The notes under the pieces were generated by a model. The model had not been told where the DNA came from. It did not search any database and was given only the letters and a program-made list of their open reading frames with translations. From the NCBI GenBank assembly GCA_963848305.1, contig CAWKDC010000003.1, positions 179,007 through 243,006 of the forward strand: a stretch of DNA of 64,000 nucleotides, in the 5' to 3' direction. Shown in pieces: positions 29,937 through 42,100 of this stretch; positions within the stretch are counted from its first letter, which is position 1, and every line of letters begins with the position of its first letter. The position numbers and the translations under genes were made by a program. This stretch comes from an uncultured Gammaproteobacteria bacterium (GTDB taxonomy: Bacteria > Pseudomonadota > Gammaproteobacteria > JABCZS01).

Positions 29937-31766
29937 GTGATCAATCAATTTCCACGATGGAAGAACTGGGCCATCGCCATTTTCATGATGGTGGCCTTTT
30001 TATATGCGTTACCAAACATCTTCGGTGATAATCCTGCCATTCAGATTTCAACTGAAAAGGGTGCTGCCATTGATGAGTTTGTCGTCCGTAAAATGAAATC
30101 AACATTGGACGATGCGAAGATCCCTTATACGCTCGAACAGAATGATCACGCTGTCTTGATTCGTTTTAAAGCTTCAGACGAGCAGCTCGCGGCACAATCC
30201 TTGCTGGCCAAAACATTGGGTGACAGTTATATTGTCGCGCTCAATTTGGCACCCGCCACACCTGAATGGATGAAAAAGATTGGTGCAAAACCCATGAAAC
30301 TGGGTCTCGATTTGCGCGGGGGTGTTCACTTTTTGATGCAAGTCGATATGGCAGATGTTGAGCAGCGCCATCTAGATGGATTGGTTGAAGGGGTTCGAAG
30401 CAATTTACGGGATGAAAAAATCCGTTACCGTGCGCTGACAGCTGATGCGCAAGGTATTCTCATTCGCTGGGCGACACCGGAGGATGCGAAAAAAGCTGTG
30501 TCAGCATTACACACTTCTTTTCCTGAACTCATTTTCACGCAACCCGAACCGCTCGTCACACAAGCGATATTGAGTCCAACAGGCAAGAAAACATTGGTTG
30601 ACGATGCGATGGATCAAACCATGATGACATTGCGCAACCGTGTCAATGAATTGGGCGTGGCAGAAGCTGTGGTGCAACGCCAAGGGTTGGATCGCGTGGT
30701 GGTTGAATTGCCAGGTGTGCAAGATACCGCCTATGCTAAACAAATTTTGGGAACCACTGCATCTGTGGCGTTTTATTTGTTGAGTGATGAAAAGTCGATC
30801 GGAGGTGGTATCACTTTCAAAGACAGACACGGCCTTCCACAGACATTTGATAGAGCGGTCGTGCTTTCAGGCGACAACATTGTCGGTGCGCGATCAGGTT
30901 TTGACCAATACGGAAAACCTGCAGTGTTTATTCAAATTGGTGGCAATGTCGCTGCTTTTTCAAAGATCACGGGCGACAACGTGGGGCGTGGCATGGGCAC
31001 GGTGTTCACTGAAACGCGTTACCATGATGCCGTAGTGAATGGTGTTCCAACGCGTGTGGCAGACACCACACGTGAAGTGATTAACGTCGCCACCATCAAC
31101 CAACGTCTTGACAATCATTTTCAAATCTCGCCCATGTCTAGCCCGCAAGAAGCGCGCAATCTCGCGTTGCTGTTGCGTGCAGGTGCATTTCCTGCGCCAG
31201 TGGATTATATTGAAGAGCGTATCATTGGCCCCAGCATGGGTGAAGAAAATATCAAAAAAGGTGTGATTTCATTGGTCGCTGGCCTTGCGTTGGTCTTAGG
31301 CTTCATGATGTGTTATTACAGTGTGTTCGGTATTATTTCAAACATTGCACTGCTCATGAATTTGGTCGTCCTCGTTGCCGTTTTGTCATTACTTGGCGCC
31401 ACCTTGACACTGCCCAGCATGGCGGCAATTGTGTTGACACTGGGGATGGCGGTAGATGCGAACGTCTTGATCTTCGAGCGGATCCGTGAAGAATTGCGTC
31501 ATGGGCAAACAGGGCATGGCAGTATTCATGCCGGTTATGAAAAAGCATTTTTGACGATTGTGGATGCAAATATCACCACACTCATTGCTGCGATTGCGCT
31601 ATTCTCGATTGGCAGCGGGCCAATCAAAGGGTTTGCGATCACATTGATCATTGGTCTCATCACATCTGTGTTCACAGGGGTGACGGTGTCTCGCGCAATA
31701 GTGAATCTCATTTTTGGTGGCAAGCGGTTGAGTCGTTTACCGATTGGCATGAGCGACTTGAAATAA
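29937..31766 (+). CDS. secD: protein translocase subunit SecD
   Basis: LGLDLRGGVHF, RNRVNELGVAE, VELPGVQD, GMAVDANVLIFERIREE. Confidence 0.97.
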   Translation: MINQFPRWKNWAIAIFMMVAFLYALPNIFGDNPAIQISTEKGAAIDEFVVRKMKSTLDDAKIPYTLEQNDHAVLIRFKASDEQLAAQSLLAKTLGDSYIVALNLAPATPEWMKKIGAKPMKLGLDLRGGVHFLMQVDMADVEQRHLDGLVEGVRSNLRDEKIRYRALTADAQGILIRWATPEDAKKAVSALHTSFPELIFTQPEPLVTQAILSPTGKKTLVDDAMDQTMMTLRNRVNELGVAEAVVQRQGLDRVVVELPGVQDTAYAKQILGTTASVAFYLLSDEKSIGGGITFKDRHGLPQTFDRAVVLSGDNIVGARSGFDQYGKPAVFIQIGGNVAAFSKITGDNVGRGMGTVFTETRYHDAVVNGVPTRVADTTREVINVATINQRLDNHFQISPMSSPQEARNLALLLRAGAFPAPVDYIEERIIGPSMGEENIKKGVISLVAGLALVLGFMMCYYSVFGIISNIALLMNLVVLVAVLSLLGATLTLPSMAAIVLTLGMAVDANVLIFERIREELRHGQTGHGSIHAGYEKAFLTIVDANITTLIAAIALFSIGSGPIKGFAITLIIGLITSVFTGVTVSRAIVNLIFGGKRLSRLPIGMSDLK

Positions 31767-31775
31767 GGATGCAAC

Positions 31776-32701
31776 GTGGAATTTTTTAAAAAAGATTTGC
31801 AAATTGATTTTTTAGGGCCCGTTGGGGCGCTGCGATATTCTCATTGGTGCTGGTGATGGGTTCATTGGTATCTTTGTTTGTGAATGGCATTCATTGGGGG
31901 CTTGATTTCACAGGTGGCACAGTCATTGAAATCCAATACCCTCATGCGGTCGATATCGATCCTATTCGTGAAACGCTGGCAAAAGGGAGTATCGAGGGAG
32001 CGGTTGTTCAACATTATGGTTCGAACGACAACATCATGATCCGTTTGCCTTTGCAAGAAGGCGTGAATGAGCAGGCATTGTCTGCCAAAGTGCTATCTGT
32101 CTTAAAAGCGGATGACCCAACAGCCAAATTATTGCGCGTTGAATTAGTGGGCGCACAGATTGGGAAGGAATTGGCAAGCCAAGGTGCGTTGGCGGTGTGT
32201 GTGGCGTGGTTTGGCACGATGTTATACGTTGCTCTGCGTTTTGAATGGCGTTTTGCTTTGGGTGCCGCATTGGCATTGGCGCACGATCCTTTCCTGATCT
32301 TAGGCATGTTTTCATTGTTTCAAATTGAATTTGATTTGCCGACATTGGCGGGTATCCTTGCGGTGATCGGTTATTCATTGAATGATACGATCGTGGTGTT
32401 TGATCGTGTCAAAGAAAACTTCATTAAAATGCGTAAAGGCGATGCGAATGAGATCATGAACCTATCATTGAATCAAACGTTGTCTCGCACCATCATGACA
32501 TCTTTCATGACGTTACTCGTTGTCGTGGCATTGCTCATTTACGGGGGGCCCACTTTATTCGGATTTTCATTGGCGCTAGCGGTTGGGATTGTGGTTGGTA
32601 CTTATTCATCGATATACGTCGCTGGATCATTGTCGTTGGCCATGGGCCTGCGTCGTGAGAACTTGATTGCGCCGCCTAAAGAAGAAAACAGAACGGTATG
32701 A
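31776..32701 (+). CDS. secF: protein translocase subunit SecF, one frameshift near 31820
   Basis: GTG start giving MEFFKKDLQIDFLG, then GLDFTGGT, RFEWRFA, GYSLNDTIVVFDR in a different frame. Confidence 0.95.
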
Positions 32702-32702
32702 T

Positions 32703-34169
32703 ATGCAAACACATCAAACACTGAAAGATGCTTTCTGTATTCTACTCCTTTCATTGTTTATATTGATCACCACCACACAAGGCTATCCGTTACTCAATCA
32801 CGATGAATCCCGTTATTCTGAAATTCCCCGTGAAATGGTGGCAACAGGGGAATATATTGTTCCTCGCCTCAATGGCATTATTTATCTGGAAAAACCCCCG
32901 CTATTTTATTGGCTCCAATCTCTGTCTATTAGCGTGTTTGGAAACAATGAAGGGGCTGTCCGGTTTTGGAATGCTTTCTTTGCTTCCTTCACGTGCATGA
33001 TGCTATATATCGCTGGCGCTGTGCTCTATGATCGTCGCACCGGCCTTGTTGCCGCTGGGTTATTGTTTTCAAGCTTGTTATTTTATGCAATGGCACATTT
33101 TATATCGCTCGATATGACACTCAGTGCTTTTGTGACTGGCAGTTTATTTTGTTTAATGATTGGACTTCATCGTCCTCAGCAGGATGACGTCCGACGCGCA
33201 TGGATATATGGCAGCTACATTTTTGCTGCATTGGCGCTGATGACAAAAGGGTTGGTTGGTATTTTATTGCCGGGCAGTGTGTTTGTGATTTGGATGTTAT
33301 TAACACGACGTTTTATTGCACTGAAACAGATCTATTTAGTATCAGGGTTGTTATTGTTTTTTGCCATTGCATTGCCATGGCATATCCTCATTCAGGAACG
33401 CGTCCCACAGTTTTTTGACTTTTACGTGGTAGGGCAACATTTTAACCGCTATCTCACCTTGGCCGAGAATCGATATGAACCTTTTTGGTTTTTCATCCCA
33501 GTACTATTAGCAGGATTGCTGCCCTGGACTTTTTACGTGATCCCTTCATTGTACCATTCATGTCGAGGTTGGTTGCGCAATATCAAAGGCAAATCCACTG
33601 AGACATTTTTATGGGTGTGGATTTTATTTATTTTTATTTTCTTCTCATTGTCAAAATCCAAATTAATCCCGTACATTCTACCTGTTTTCCCGCCTATCTT
33701 TTTATTATTGGCGACGGATATATCCATCTTTCGTCCATCTCGATTTCCAAAAATTAAAACTTTGCTGGGAATAGGATTGTGCGCTGTGATTATTTACTCC
33801 GTTGCCGTTCCCACTTGGACATATTACGCTGATCGATCCATCAAACCACTGGCCATGTTAATCAACGAAAGAAAAGGCCAATATGATGAGCTTGTTTCAT
33901 TCGGTGAATATTATCAGGATTTACCATTTTATACTGAACAATTGGTCACTGTGGTTAACAGCCAGGGTGAATTAGATTTTGGGATGACACTTGAAGATAA
34001 AACAGATTATATGATCAATCAACAAACATTATTTAAGCGATGGGAAAATCCAAATCACCGTATCTTGATGGTGATCAGCCGGAAAAAATATAAAAATATT
34101 GTTTCAAAGCTCTCTCCGCCACCAAAAATATTGGGTGAAACGCCGAAGCATATTTTAATCATGAATTGA
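32703..34169 (+). CDS. ArnT/PMT-family (GT-C) membrane glycosyltransferase
   Basis: DESRYSEI.REM, Y.EKPPL.YW, ALMTKG, SKSKLIPYILP; many TM helices. Confidence 0.88.
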   Translation: MQTHQTLKDAFCILLLSLFILITTTQGYPLLNHDESRYSEIPREMVATGEYIVPRLNGIIYLEKPPLFYWLQSLSISVFGNNEGAVRFWNAFFASFTCMMLYIAGAVLYDRRTGLVAAGLLFSSLLFYAMAHFISLDMTLSAFVTGSLFCLMIGLHRPQQDDVRRAWIYGSYIFAALALMTKGLVGILLPGSVFVIWMLLTRRFIALKQIYLVSGLLLFFAIALPWHILIQERVPQFFDFYVVGQHFNRYLTLAENRYEPFWFFIPVLLAGLLPWTFYVIPSLYHSCRGWLRNIKGKSTETFLWVWILFIFIFFSLSKSKLIPYILPVFPPIFLLLATDISIFRPSRFPKIKTLLGIGLCAVIIYSVAVPTWTYYADRSIKPLAMLINERKGQYDELVSFGEYYQDLPFYTEQLVTVVNSQGELDFGMTLEDKTDYMINQQTLFKRWENPNHRILMVISRKKYKNIVSKLSPPPKILGETPKHILIMN

Positions 34170-34230
34170 AAAATATACACCAATATTTTATATTGTACGG
34201 GTGCACCATGCTGCACACCATCATGAAATT

Positions 34231-35460
34231 TCACAATTTAATTAAATCCGCCCTTGTCAACATTGCTCCCAGTATGACATTCAAATAAATGCTATTCGCC
34301 TTCTCATGCCCAACACTATGGCTTAATAGAAATGCAGATTGTTCTGCCTCATTCAACCCTGAAGGCACTTTGCGTTTGCAATGTGAATGGATATACCGTT
34401 TTGGTGAAAACGGAACGCCTGCTGCTTTCGCCGTTTCATCCATCGCAAGTTGTTCCATGCAAGACAATCCGCTCGCACGTAAAATAATTGTTTGACTGCG
34501 CCACATCATGCTTGCAATGTTTTCTGGTGTTTGCATTTCGAGGGGGATGATGTATAAATTCGAATTCCTTTCTCGATTTCTCAAACATTTTTGCATGAGA
34601 TGATCAAACAGGGCATGGTTTCGTGAGCACGCGACAAAAAAATAATGGGGAACATTTAAGGGTTGATTTGAATAATTTTCCCATATTCCATTGAAATATT
34701 CTTCAATCGCTTCGAGGCCTTGTGAGCCCATCATCAGCGTAGTGACTTGAGCGTTTTCAGGTAGACTGAGATTATTGGTGGAGGACAAACCATAATAAGA
34801 AGCAAGCTTTGGGTGGATATTCACCTGCACATTATTCATATTATTGGGTAACTGTTTGAAAGCGGTGTGAACAGGCTTGCTCCAGCGACTGTGCACGTCA
34901 ACAGGATTAATCTTGCAATATTTTTCCCAAAAATGTGCTTGATGCTTTTTCTTGGTTGCCAATGGTTTGTTGCTGTGTAGTAGAAACGTGACGTTATCAA
35001 AGTGAGCACGTTTCTTAATACCTGAGAAGCAAGGATGCGTTTTATTGACGGGCAGGTCTGTCAATACCTTGTGGTAGGTGACAGGTGTTTGAGTTGCCGC
35101 TGCCATCTGCCGTACCAGGAAAGGGGTGAAAACAGGCTGTGTATCGATGACGGTATCTATAGGGTATGCGCTGAATAGAGCCTGAATATCACTGGCCAGC
35201 TTTTGTCCAAAAAAGTAGTCGTAAAAGAATTCATAAACCCCGACGGCGGCCGGCAGGTAATGGGCAATCAAGGAGTCTTGGCGTATACCGGCGTTCCACA
35301 GGTCCACGATAATGGGTTTAACGGGGTAAAAATAGTTGACCATGTCAAGCATATGGACTGTGGCATCAGGGTGTTTTAAGGCCAATTCCGCCTTGATGTT
35401 ATGAGTAGCCACCGTATGGCCATGCCCGCTGGAGCAGGTGATGAAGAGTATATGTTGCAT
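34231..35460 (-). CDS. putative GT-B glycosyltransferase (MGDG-synthase/UgtP-like)
   Basis: N-terminal ILFITCSSGHGH, VLTDLP, LMMGSQG, RASGLSCMEQL, HEKAN. Confidence 0.6.
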   Translation of the reverse strand: MQHILFITCSSGHGHTVATHNIKAELALKHPDATVHMLDMVNYFYPVKPIIVDLWNAGIRQDSLIAHYLPAAVGVYEFFYDYFFGQKLASDIQALFSAYPIDTVIDTQPVFTPFLVRQMAAATQTPVTYHKVLTDLPVNKTHPCFSGIKKRAHFDNVTFLLHSNKPLATKKKHQAHFWEKYCKINPVDVHSRWSKPVHTAFKQLPNNMNNVQVNIHPKLASYYGLSSTNNLSLPENAQVTTLMMGSQGLEAIEEYFNGIWENYSNQPLNVPHYFFVACSRNHALFDHLMQKCLRNRERNSNLYIIPLEMQTPENIASMMWRSQTIILRASGLSCMEQLAMDETAKAAGVPFSPKRYIHSHCKRKVPSGLNEAEQSAFLLSHSVGHEKANSIYLNVILGAMLTRADLIKL

Positions 35461-35565
35461 GGCAGTTCCGTTGCGCAAGCCTATTTTGCCCCCTAGACAG
35501 CGGAGGCGTGAGGGCGCATATTTGCGCCCATGATGCGGTGGATTTTAATACACCGTATAGCCACT

Positions 35566-35832
35566 TTATGCAGCCAACGCCTTCACTTGCTTGCTCAAAC
35601 GGCTCTTGTAGCGAGCAGCGGCATTCTTATGAATCAACCCCTTACGTGCGTAGCGATCCACAATGGACTGTGCTTGGCCGAAGGCAGCAACAGCAGTGGC
35701 CGAATTGGCTTCCGCAATGGCTTTGCGGACTTTCTTAATCATGGTGCGCATCTCGAACCGGCGGGATGCATTATGTTGACGGCGTTCTTCGCTCTGTTCA
35801 GCACGTTTTGCTGATTGTTTCGTATTGGCCAA
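35566..35832 (-). CDS. rpsT: 30S ribosomal protein S20
   Basis: MANTKQSAKRA, KGLIHKNAAARYKSRL; TTG start. Confidence 0.97.
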   Translation of the reverse strand: MANTKQSAKRAEQSEERRQHNASRRFEMRTMIKKVRKAIAEANSATAVAAFGQAQSIVDRYARKGLIHKNAAARYKSRLSKQVKALAA

Positions 35833-35990
35833 GGTAAACTCTCCTCTATGAGTGAGCCGTCATTGTCCTAAAATTTCAAGCACCTGTCAAGCGAAAAATG
35901 CAGCCTTTTTGCCCTCTGGATGCTGAAAGCCTCTGATCCCATGAATAAACAATTCCCTTTTTCCCCATTAAAAGGTATACTGCACGCATT

Positions 35991-36064
35991 CGGGGCGTGG
36001 CGCAGCCTGGTAGCGCACTTGCATGGGGTGCAAGGGGTCGCAAGTTCAAATCTTGCCGTCCCGA
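35991..36064 (+). tRNA. tRNA-Pro(GGG)
   Basis: CGGGGCGTGGCGCAGCCTGGTAGCGCA-CTTGCAT-GGG-GTGCAAG...GTTCAAATC...CCCGA. Confidence 0.95.
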
Positions 36065-36103
36065 TATCAATATTCTGTCAAGATTAGATATGGCAGGAAT
36101 GCA

Positions 36104-39100
36104 TCAAAGAAAGTTATTCTTAATGTTAGATTTCAAAATATGTTCGCGCACATAGTCTCGAGGTGAGCAGACTTCATCACCCGAGCGGCCACCGTAGTTA
36201 AATGTGACAAGGTGCGCATTCGACTGATGAGATGCATGATGATTTGCTAATCGTTTGGCAATCATCGCATGGCTCTTTTCAGTTAGCCATGGGCAATTTT
36301 CTGCATTGATATAAACTATGTTTGGGCAGTGGCTTAGAATAGCTTCCAGTAAACTATCTGTTATGGGCGTGTTTGAAATATCTAAATTATTTAGATTTGA
36401 TGGGAATAGCCGCGAAATATGAATAGGATTTAAAGATCCTCGTTTTAGCAGCTGCAATCCATTGTGAAGTTTTCGAGATTCATCATTGACGAAATGTGGA
36501 ACATCGTCTAGGCTGCAAAAATTGAAAAGTCTTGATTCACCAGATGTATTGAAAAGTATAAATGCCCCTTCTTGTAATACAACAAAATCTTTCACTTCAG
36601 TGTAGGAATGGATGCAAGAATAACACTGTTCATGCTTATGCCATACTTTTAATTCGCCATCAAGTGAATGAGAAACAAATACACCGAATGATATAATATG
36701 CATCTTTGAAATAGAAGCACTATGTTCAGTGATTGTTTCCACAAGCTTCCATTGCTGATTGAAGCGTTTCCAACGTTTTATTGTCTTGTCCCATGATGAT
36801 GAAATTAATGTCCCGTCTGGTAGAACGCATAATGAAGAAACAACATTATCATGTCCGCGAATTGTTTGAACGCATGACCATGCTCTATGACTGTTTTGTT
36901 TCCAAATTTTAATGGTAAGATCATGTGACGCAGAAACGATGCTTCCATCAGGGAGCGACAATATCTGGGAAATGCGGCCTGAATGGCCGAATAATTTTTG
37001 GGTTATGTTTAATTTTAAGCTGATGTTTGGCTGCAGGAGCTCAATCGTTCCACTTTCTAATCCGACTACAATAGTGCTATTTTGGTACGCACAAATGGAT
37101 GAAATACCCTCGTCGAAATGTTTCAGGATTTTTTTGTGCTGTAAAACACCGTTGTCAGTATCCCAAAGCGTCAAATTGCCGTCTATCCCAGCCGATGCAA
37201 GTCTTCCATTGGGCAAAAAGGTCAGTGCGATGATTTTGCCCTGGTGATTACGTCCACTGTCTAAGCATTTGGGTGTTTTTGGATCAGTGTTTTTTAATAT
37301 GGTTATCTCACCGTCATTTGCGCCAAGTGCTAAAAATCTACCCGGCAAGGTTGTTGAGGCAGTATAAGGTATCTTCCCTTTGGGTAATAAAAAAGAGTGA
37401 GAAGCGATTGATGAGAATCGTGGCATTTGATGAACAATGTCCTCAGCCGGATAATGGTACGAAAGGGGGCTTAGATCTGATGATTTAAGTGTCTCATAAA
37501 CATGCATATCGTCTAATGAATTCCCAGGAAGAGTAATGCCAAATTCAAATACAGTATCAAAATAAGGTTCATCTGACATCGATATTCTAAGTCTTTTGAT
37601 ACCATGTGCACGGAATTTTAATAAAAGATCGCGATCCAAATGAGCATAATTTTTAAGGGTTAGCTCGATGATAAATGTATTTTTTCTCAAAAAGTCGAAT
37701 AAACCAAAAACGTCGAGACTTTCATCGAAGCAATCAATGATGAGATGATTGTTCTCTGGATTATTCTGACACATATGTTGCAGTCGCATTCTTTCGCTTA
37801 ACATCAAGCAACCATCGATGTTGATATTTCTCAATTGAATATTGGGGTTGTATTCCAAAATATGCATCAACAATTGATCTGTTAAACGCGTATTGGAGAG
37901 ATCCAGTTTGAGCATTCTTTTGGAGATCAGTTTTTCTGTATGTGCTCTGGTAAATACGCCATGTTTTAGAAGAATTCTGGCATTGTGGAGAAGACGCGCA
38001 TCCGTGCCCAATCCCTCTGGCGTTGGTTCTGCGCTAAAGCAACTGTAATGACGTAGACTGCCATTCAAAGCACAAGAAATGAGTGTGCCAGTGGGTAAAA
38101 GCATAATGTCAGAAATTTTTTCGTAAGGCATTTCTGTCGTTTTGTTGAAACAATTTACTGTCATGTCTGTGCTGTTATATTGCCAGAAACATAAAGTAGA
38201 GTCCCATGAAGCTGTCACAAATGAATTGTGTGTCAGAATGGAAATGGCTGTGATACTATCAGTGTGAGATTGCGGGGCTGTGATACATGAAAAGTTATTG
38301 CCGGTTTCACGTTTCCATAATTTAAGAGTACCATCTTTAGCGCCAGTGACCAACAGACCCATGGGTAGCAACTGCATGGCAGTGATTTCTGATTGTCCTG
38401 CATCAATCGTATGAATACAATGCCAAAAGACGCTCTTTTTTTGCCAAATTTTGAGTGTTTTATCCAAGGAGCCTGAGACAAGCAACCCATCAGGGAGTAC
38501 GGCCAGACAAGTGATTGTATCACTGTGTGGTTCATTTGCATGAACAAATGACCACCCCCACTTTTCATCGTAGCGCCAGACCATTAACTCTTTTTGATTG
38601 CCAGCGGAGACAATGGTGTTATCATCTAATATATGTATCGCATTGATTTGATCATTTTGTACCGTGAGTGTCGCAGTGCATCCCCATTGCCCGGTGCTAT
38701 TGCGTTCCCAAATTTTCATGGTATTGTCAAGTGATGCAGAAACCAATCTCCCCTCTGGTGATGCATGCAATGCTGTTATTTGTTTTGTATGCTCAGCGAG
38801 CGTCTCTAAGCATGACCAACTATCACCAGGTTCACGCTGCCATAGTTTGATGGTGTTGTCTTGTCCACAGGATGCATACATCCCTTCAGGTAAAGCGCGC
38901 AATATATGAACTACGCCACTTCTTTCAAAGTATAACGTATTTAACTTAGGTGTATCATGCAATGACAGGGGTGCAATGGGCAAACTAATCTGAGGATAAG
39001 ATACGCTCAAGTTTTGAATGATGTCTGATCCCCAGTGTGTGACGCAATTTGGGTTGATGATAAATGAAACATGGGGATATCGTCTGCAACATTCAGAGAC

Positions 39101-42100
39101 AAACTGAGCAACTCGAGGGTCTAATGTGATATCGTCTAAATAAAGTTTTTTTAACCCTTTGCTGAAGGCGAGGGTGATCCAATCTTGTCCTAAAAAATTC
39201 GACAGTGAGCGAGGCGCAATGCCTGTAATATTTTTGCACCCACGAACTACAAGGGACATAAGTCTTGTCGAGCGAACAACGAGTCTAAAAAGATCATCAT
39301 CAGTGAGATGGGGATTACCATGATATTCAATATCGCTGATCTCCGGGCTAATCATTTGAGTTAATTTCACATGAAATTCTAGACTTCTTTTCGCCCATAC
39401 GGAGGGTTTTATGCTAGCAATGATGGCAGATTGTTCTTTTGGCGTTTTTTGAAAATTGTCAAAATAACCTTGACGTAATTCATTCAAAAGGAATACACGG
39501 ATATTATCACTTTTTTGAAATGAGGGTAAAAATTTCAATAGCTTGACAGGGCTAGAGGTGTTGTCTTTAAATTCAGCATAATCTCTGTATTCACTGCGAG
39601 ACGTTCCGAAGATCGTTGACTTTTTTGGAGGAGCTATTTTTCCTGTGATGATAGCTATGCTACATGTTTGTGTTTGAGGCATAATTTCTTTAAATCGAGC
39701 CAAAGGATCTTGATGCTTTTTTCGTACGTTTTGGTAACGCTCGGCAACTTGTGAATTCATTTGGACATGTGCTTCATGAAGCGTCGTATTTTCTTTGAGT
39801 GCCGCACTCATTTTAAAAAACTTTGTGTAAAGTTTTCCCATCGCATGTTCATCAAAGAATGGCTGAATGATCACTTTTTCTTCATCTTTGCTACAGTTGA
39901 AGAGGGTTTCAATTTCTTCAGCACTGTGCGTTTTTTCAACATAAAGTGTATATATTTCTAATAGCCTCAGCCACAGCTTGATGCGTAGCAGTGGTAATCG
40001 CATGGGGTTTGTTAGGAGCGATTGCACATCCTTGTGAACAGATTTTTCCATGAGATCCAGGCAAAAGAGAATATTCTTAAGTTCAAGATTGCCATCTTTG
40101 AAAGGATCTCTGATTAAAATGTGGTCGTTATCTATACTGGTTAATTGACCGTTATTCAGAATAATATTCTGTGGTCTACCATCTTCCAAATCTAGAAAGA
40201 AAGACAGTATAACAATGGCCGAGAAGGATTTCAGGTCGATTGAATCAGTGACCACATTGCTAGCGTTTGTTTCTAAAAACGTTTTGAAATTTTGACCCTC
40301 AATGTGTGGCGTTAATTGGACATAAGATATTTTTCTTTTGCCATTCTGGTGATGAATGATTTTGACGGGCAAGGCGGGGACAAATCCTGGCGCTTGAACA
40401 TTGTCATCATCTATGAAAAATGCAGCTGAAAATGCCCATGCAGCGAAGGCGAGTCCGCTTGCGCCCGGATTTTCCTTGATTTGCAAAGGGCCGACATGTG
40501 CGACATTGTGAACATCATGATGATCAGGATTGATTCTTTTATTGTCGGCACGAATGCCATTTTCATCAAATAACTCTTTTGTATACGCGGGTTTTATTTT
40601 CCAATATTGTCCGAAGAAGTCTTGGATAAACATTTCGCCTCGGGTAATTTCCACTTTTATTGCTTCTAAATCGATTTGTGACCGTTCTGCTATATCTGAT
40701 AGGCCATTTTGAATTGACGATAATCCAGGAGAGAGAACGCATTGGAACAGTTCTTGACGGGTTGGATTCGTGATGGGTGCATCCTCAGATAAATATTCTA
40801 AGGCTTCTACATAAATACGTGATTTTGCCCATGCTGTTTGCATTCTACTTGCTTTTTTTTGTAAAAGATAATAAATGCTTTTCCTGCATGCATCGATGCA
40901 TCCATCAATAGATTGTTCTTCCCTTCCTGAGTTATGTTCTGTCTCTTTGACTTCTTTCAATGATTTTTTTGCCAGCTCAAGGGCAGTTTTATAGGCTTGA
41001 AGACTCCGGTTTTCATCATCTAATGACAATGCACATTGAGCTATGCACATATAATCTTCGATCGTGAGCGACGTTTTCGTTTGGGAGAGCAGGACTTCAT
41101 AATGTTGCCAAGCCTTCAGACGAATCGCAGGCGTTAGTTCAGCATCTTGTCCTGCTGTATGTAACACTTGACGAAGAACATGGTTTGTTGATTCTTTTTT
41201 TGCTGATGCTTCGGCATAAGCTTGATACAAGCGCTGGAGCAATATATCTTCTGGATTTTCTGTTTTCAGTGTTTCAAGCATTGACACTAAATTCAAAGCG
41301 TCTACTGATGCATTGTCAAGAATCTTCGCTTTTCCTTCGAGCCAATGGCTGAGTCCAATGATCATCGTTTCATTTTGAGGGTAAACATTCGCATCACGTT
41401 CATTTGGCTCAGGATCTGGCGCGCTAGCCATGCATTCTCCAATAATAGTAGGCCATACATCTGTTTGATGGTGAGCTTTCCTCATGAGTACCGACAGGGC
41501 TGCACGATGCCATCTGGTGCTATTGGGTGTGTCTTTTTGAGTGTAGATATAGGCTTGTGTTGCGGTTATAGCATTCAAGCTAGCAGTTCTTGCATGTATT
41601 AGCAAAGTGAAAATAAATGCTTCAGCATCAGGATGTTTTTCTGTGTCCCTGAAAAGCTTTGTAAGCTTCAGTTTTTTAATCACTTCCACAATTAATTTTT
41701 GAAGCACATCAAAATCTTCATTGATATAAAGTGTTAATCGCGAAAAAATATTTCCATATTCGAAGTTGTCTTTTGTTTCATAGAGTCCATAAATTTTGAT
41801 ACAATAATGCACAATAATTGCCATGTGGAATATTTCCGTTTTGTCATTTCGTGTTTTTAAAATTCCTATAAACTTATTTAAATTTTCCTCAGTATTCTTT
41901 GAATTATTTATTATTTTATTATGAGTAAATATATTTAAATAAATACACATCATTCCTCGTGTGTATAAATTTAAAAGAACCTTTTGAATGCCAAATGGGT
42001 ATGTTTCCAACCCGTTTAGACAAATTAAAGTGTCAATTTTTCTTAGTGCTTCAGGGGTTAGTAAATATTGCCTATCGTATAACATTTGCAAGCCAAGAAG

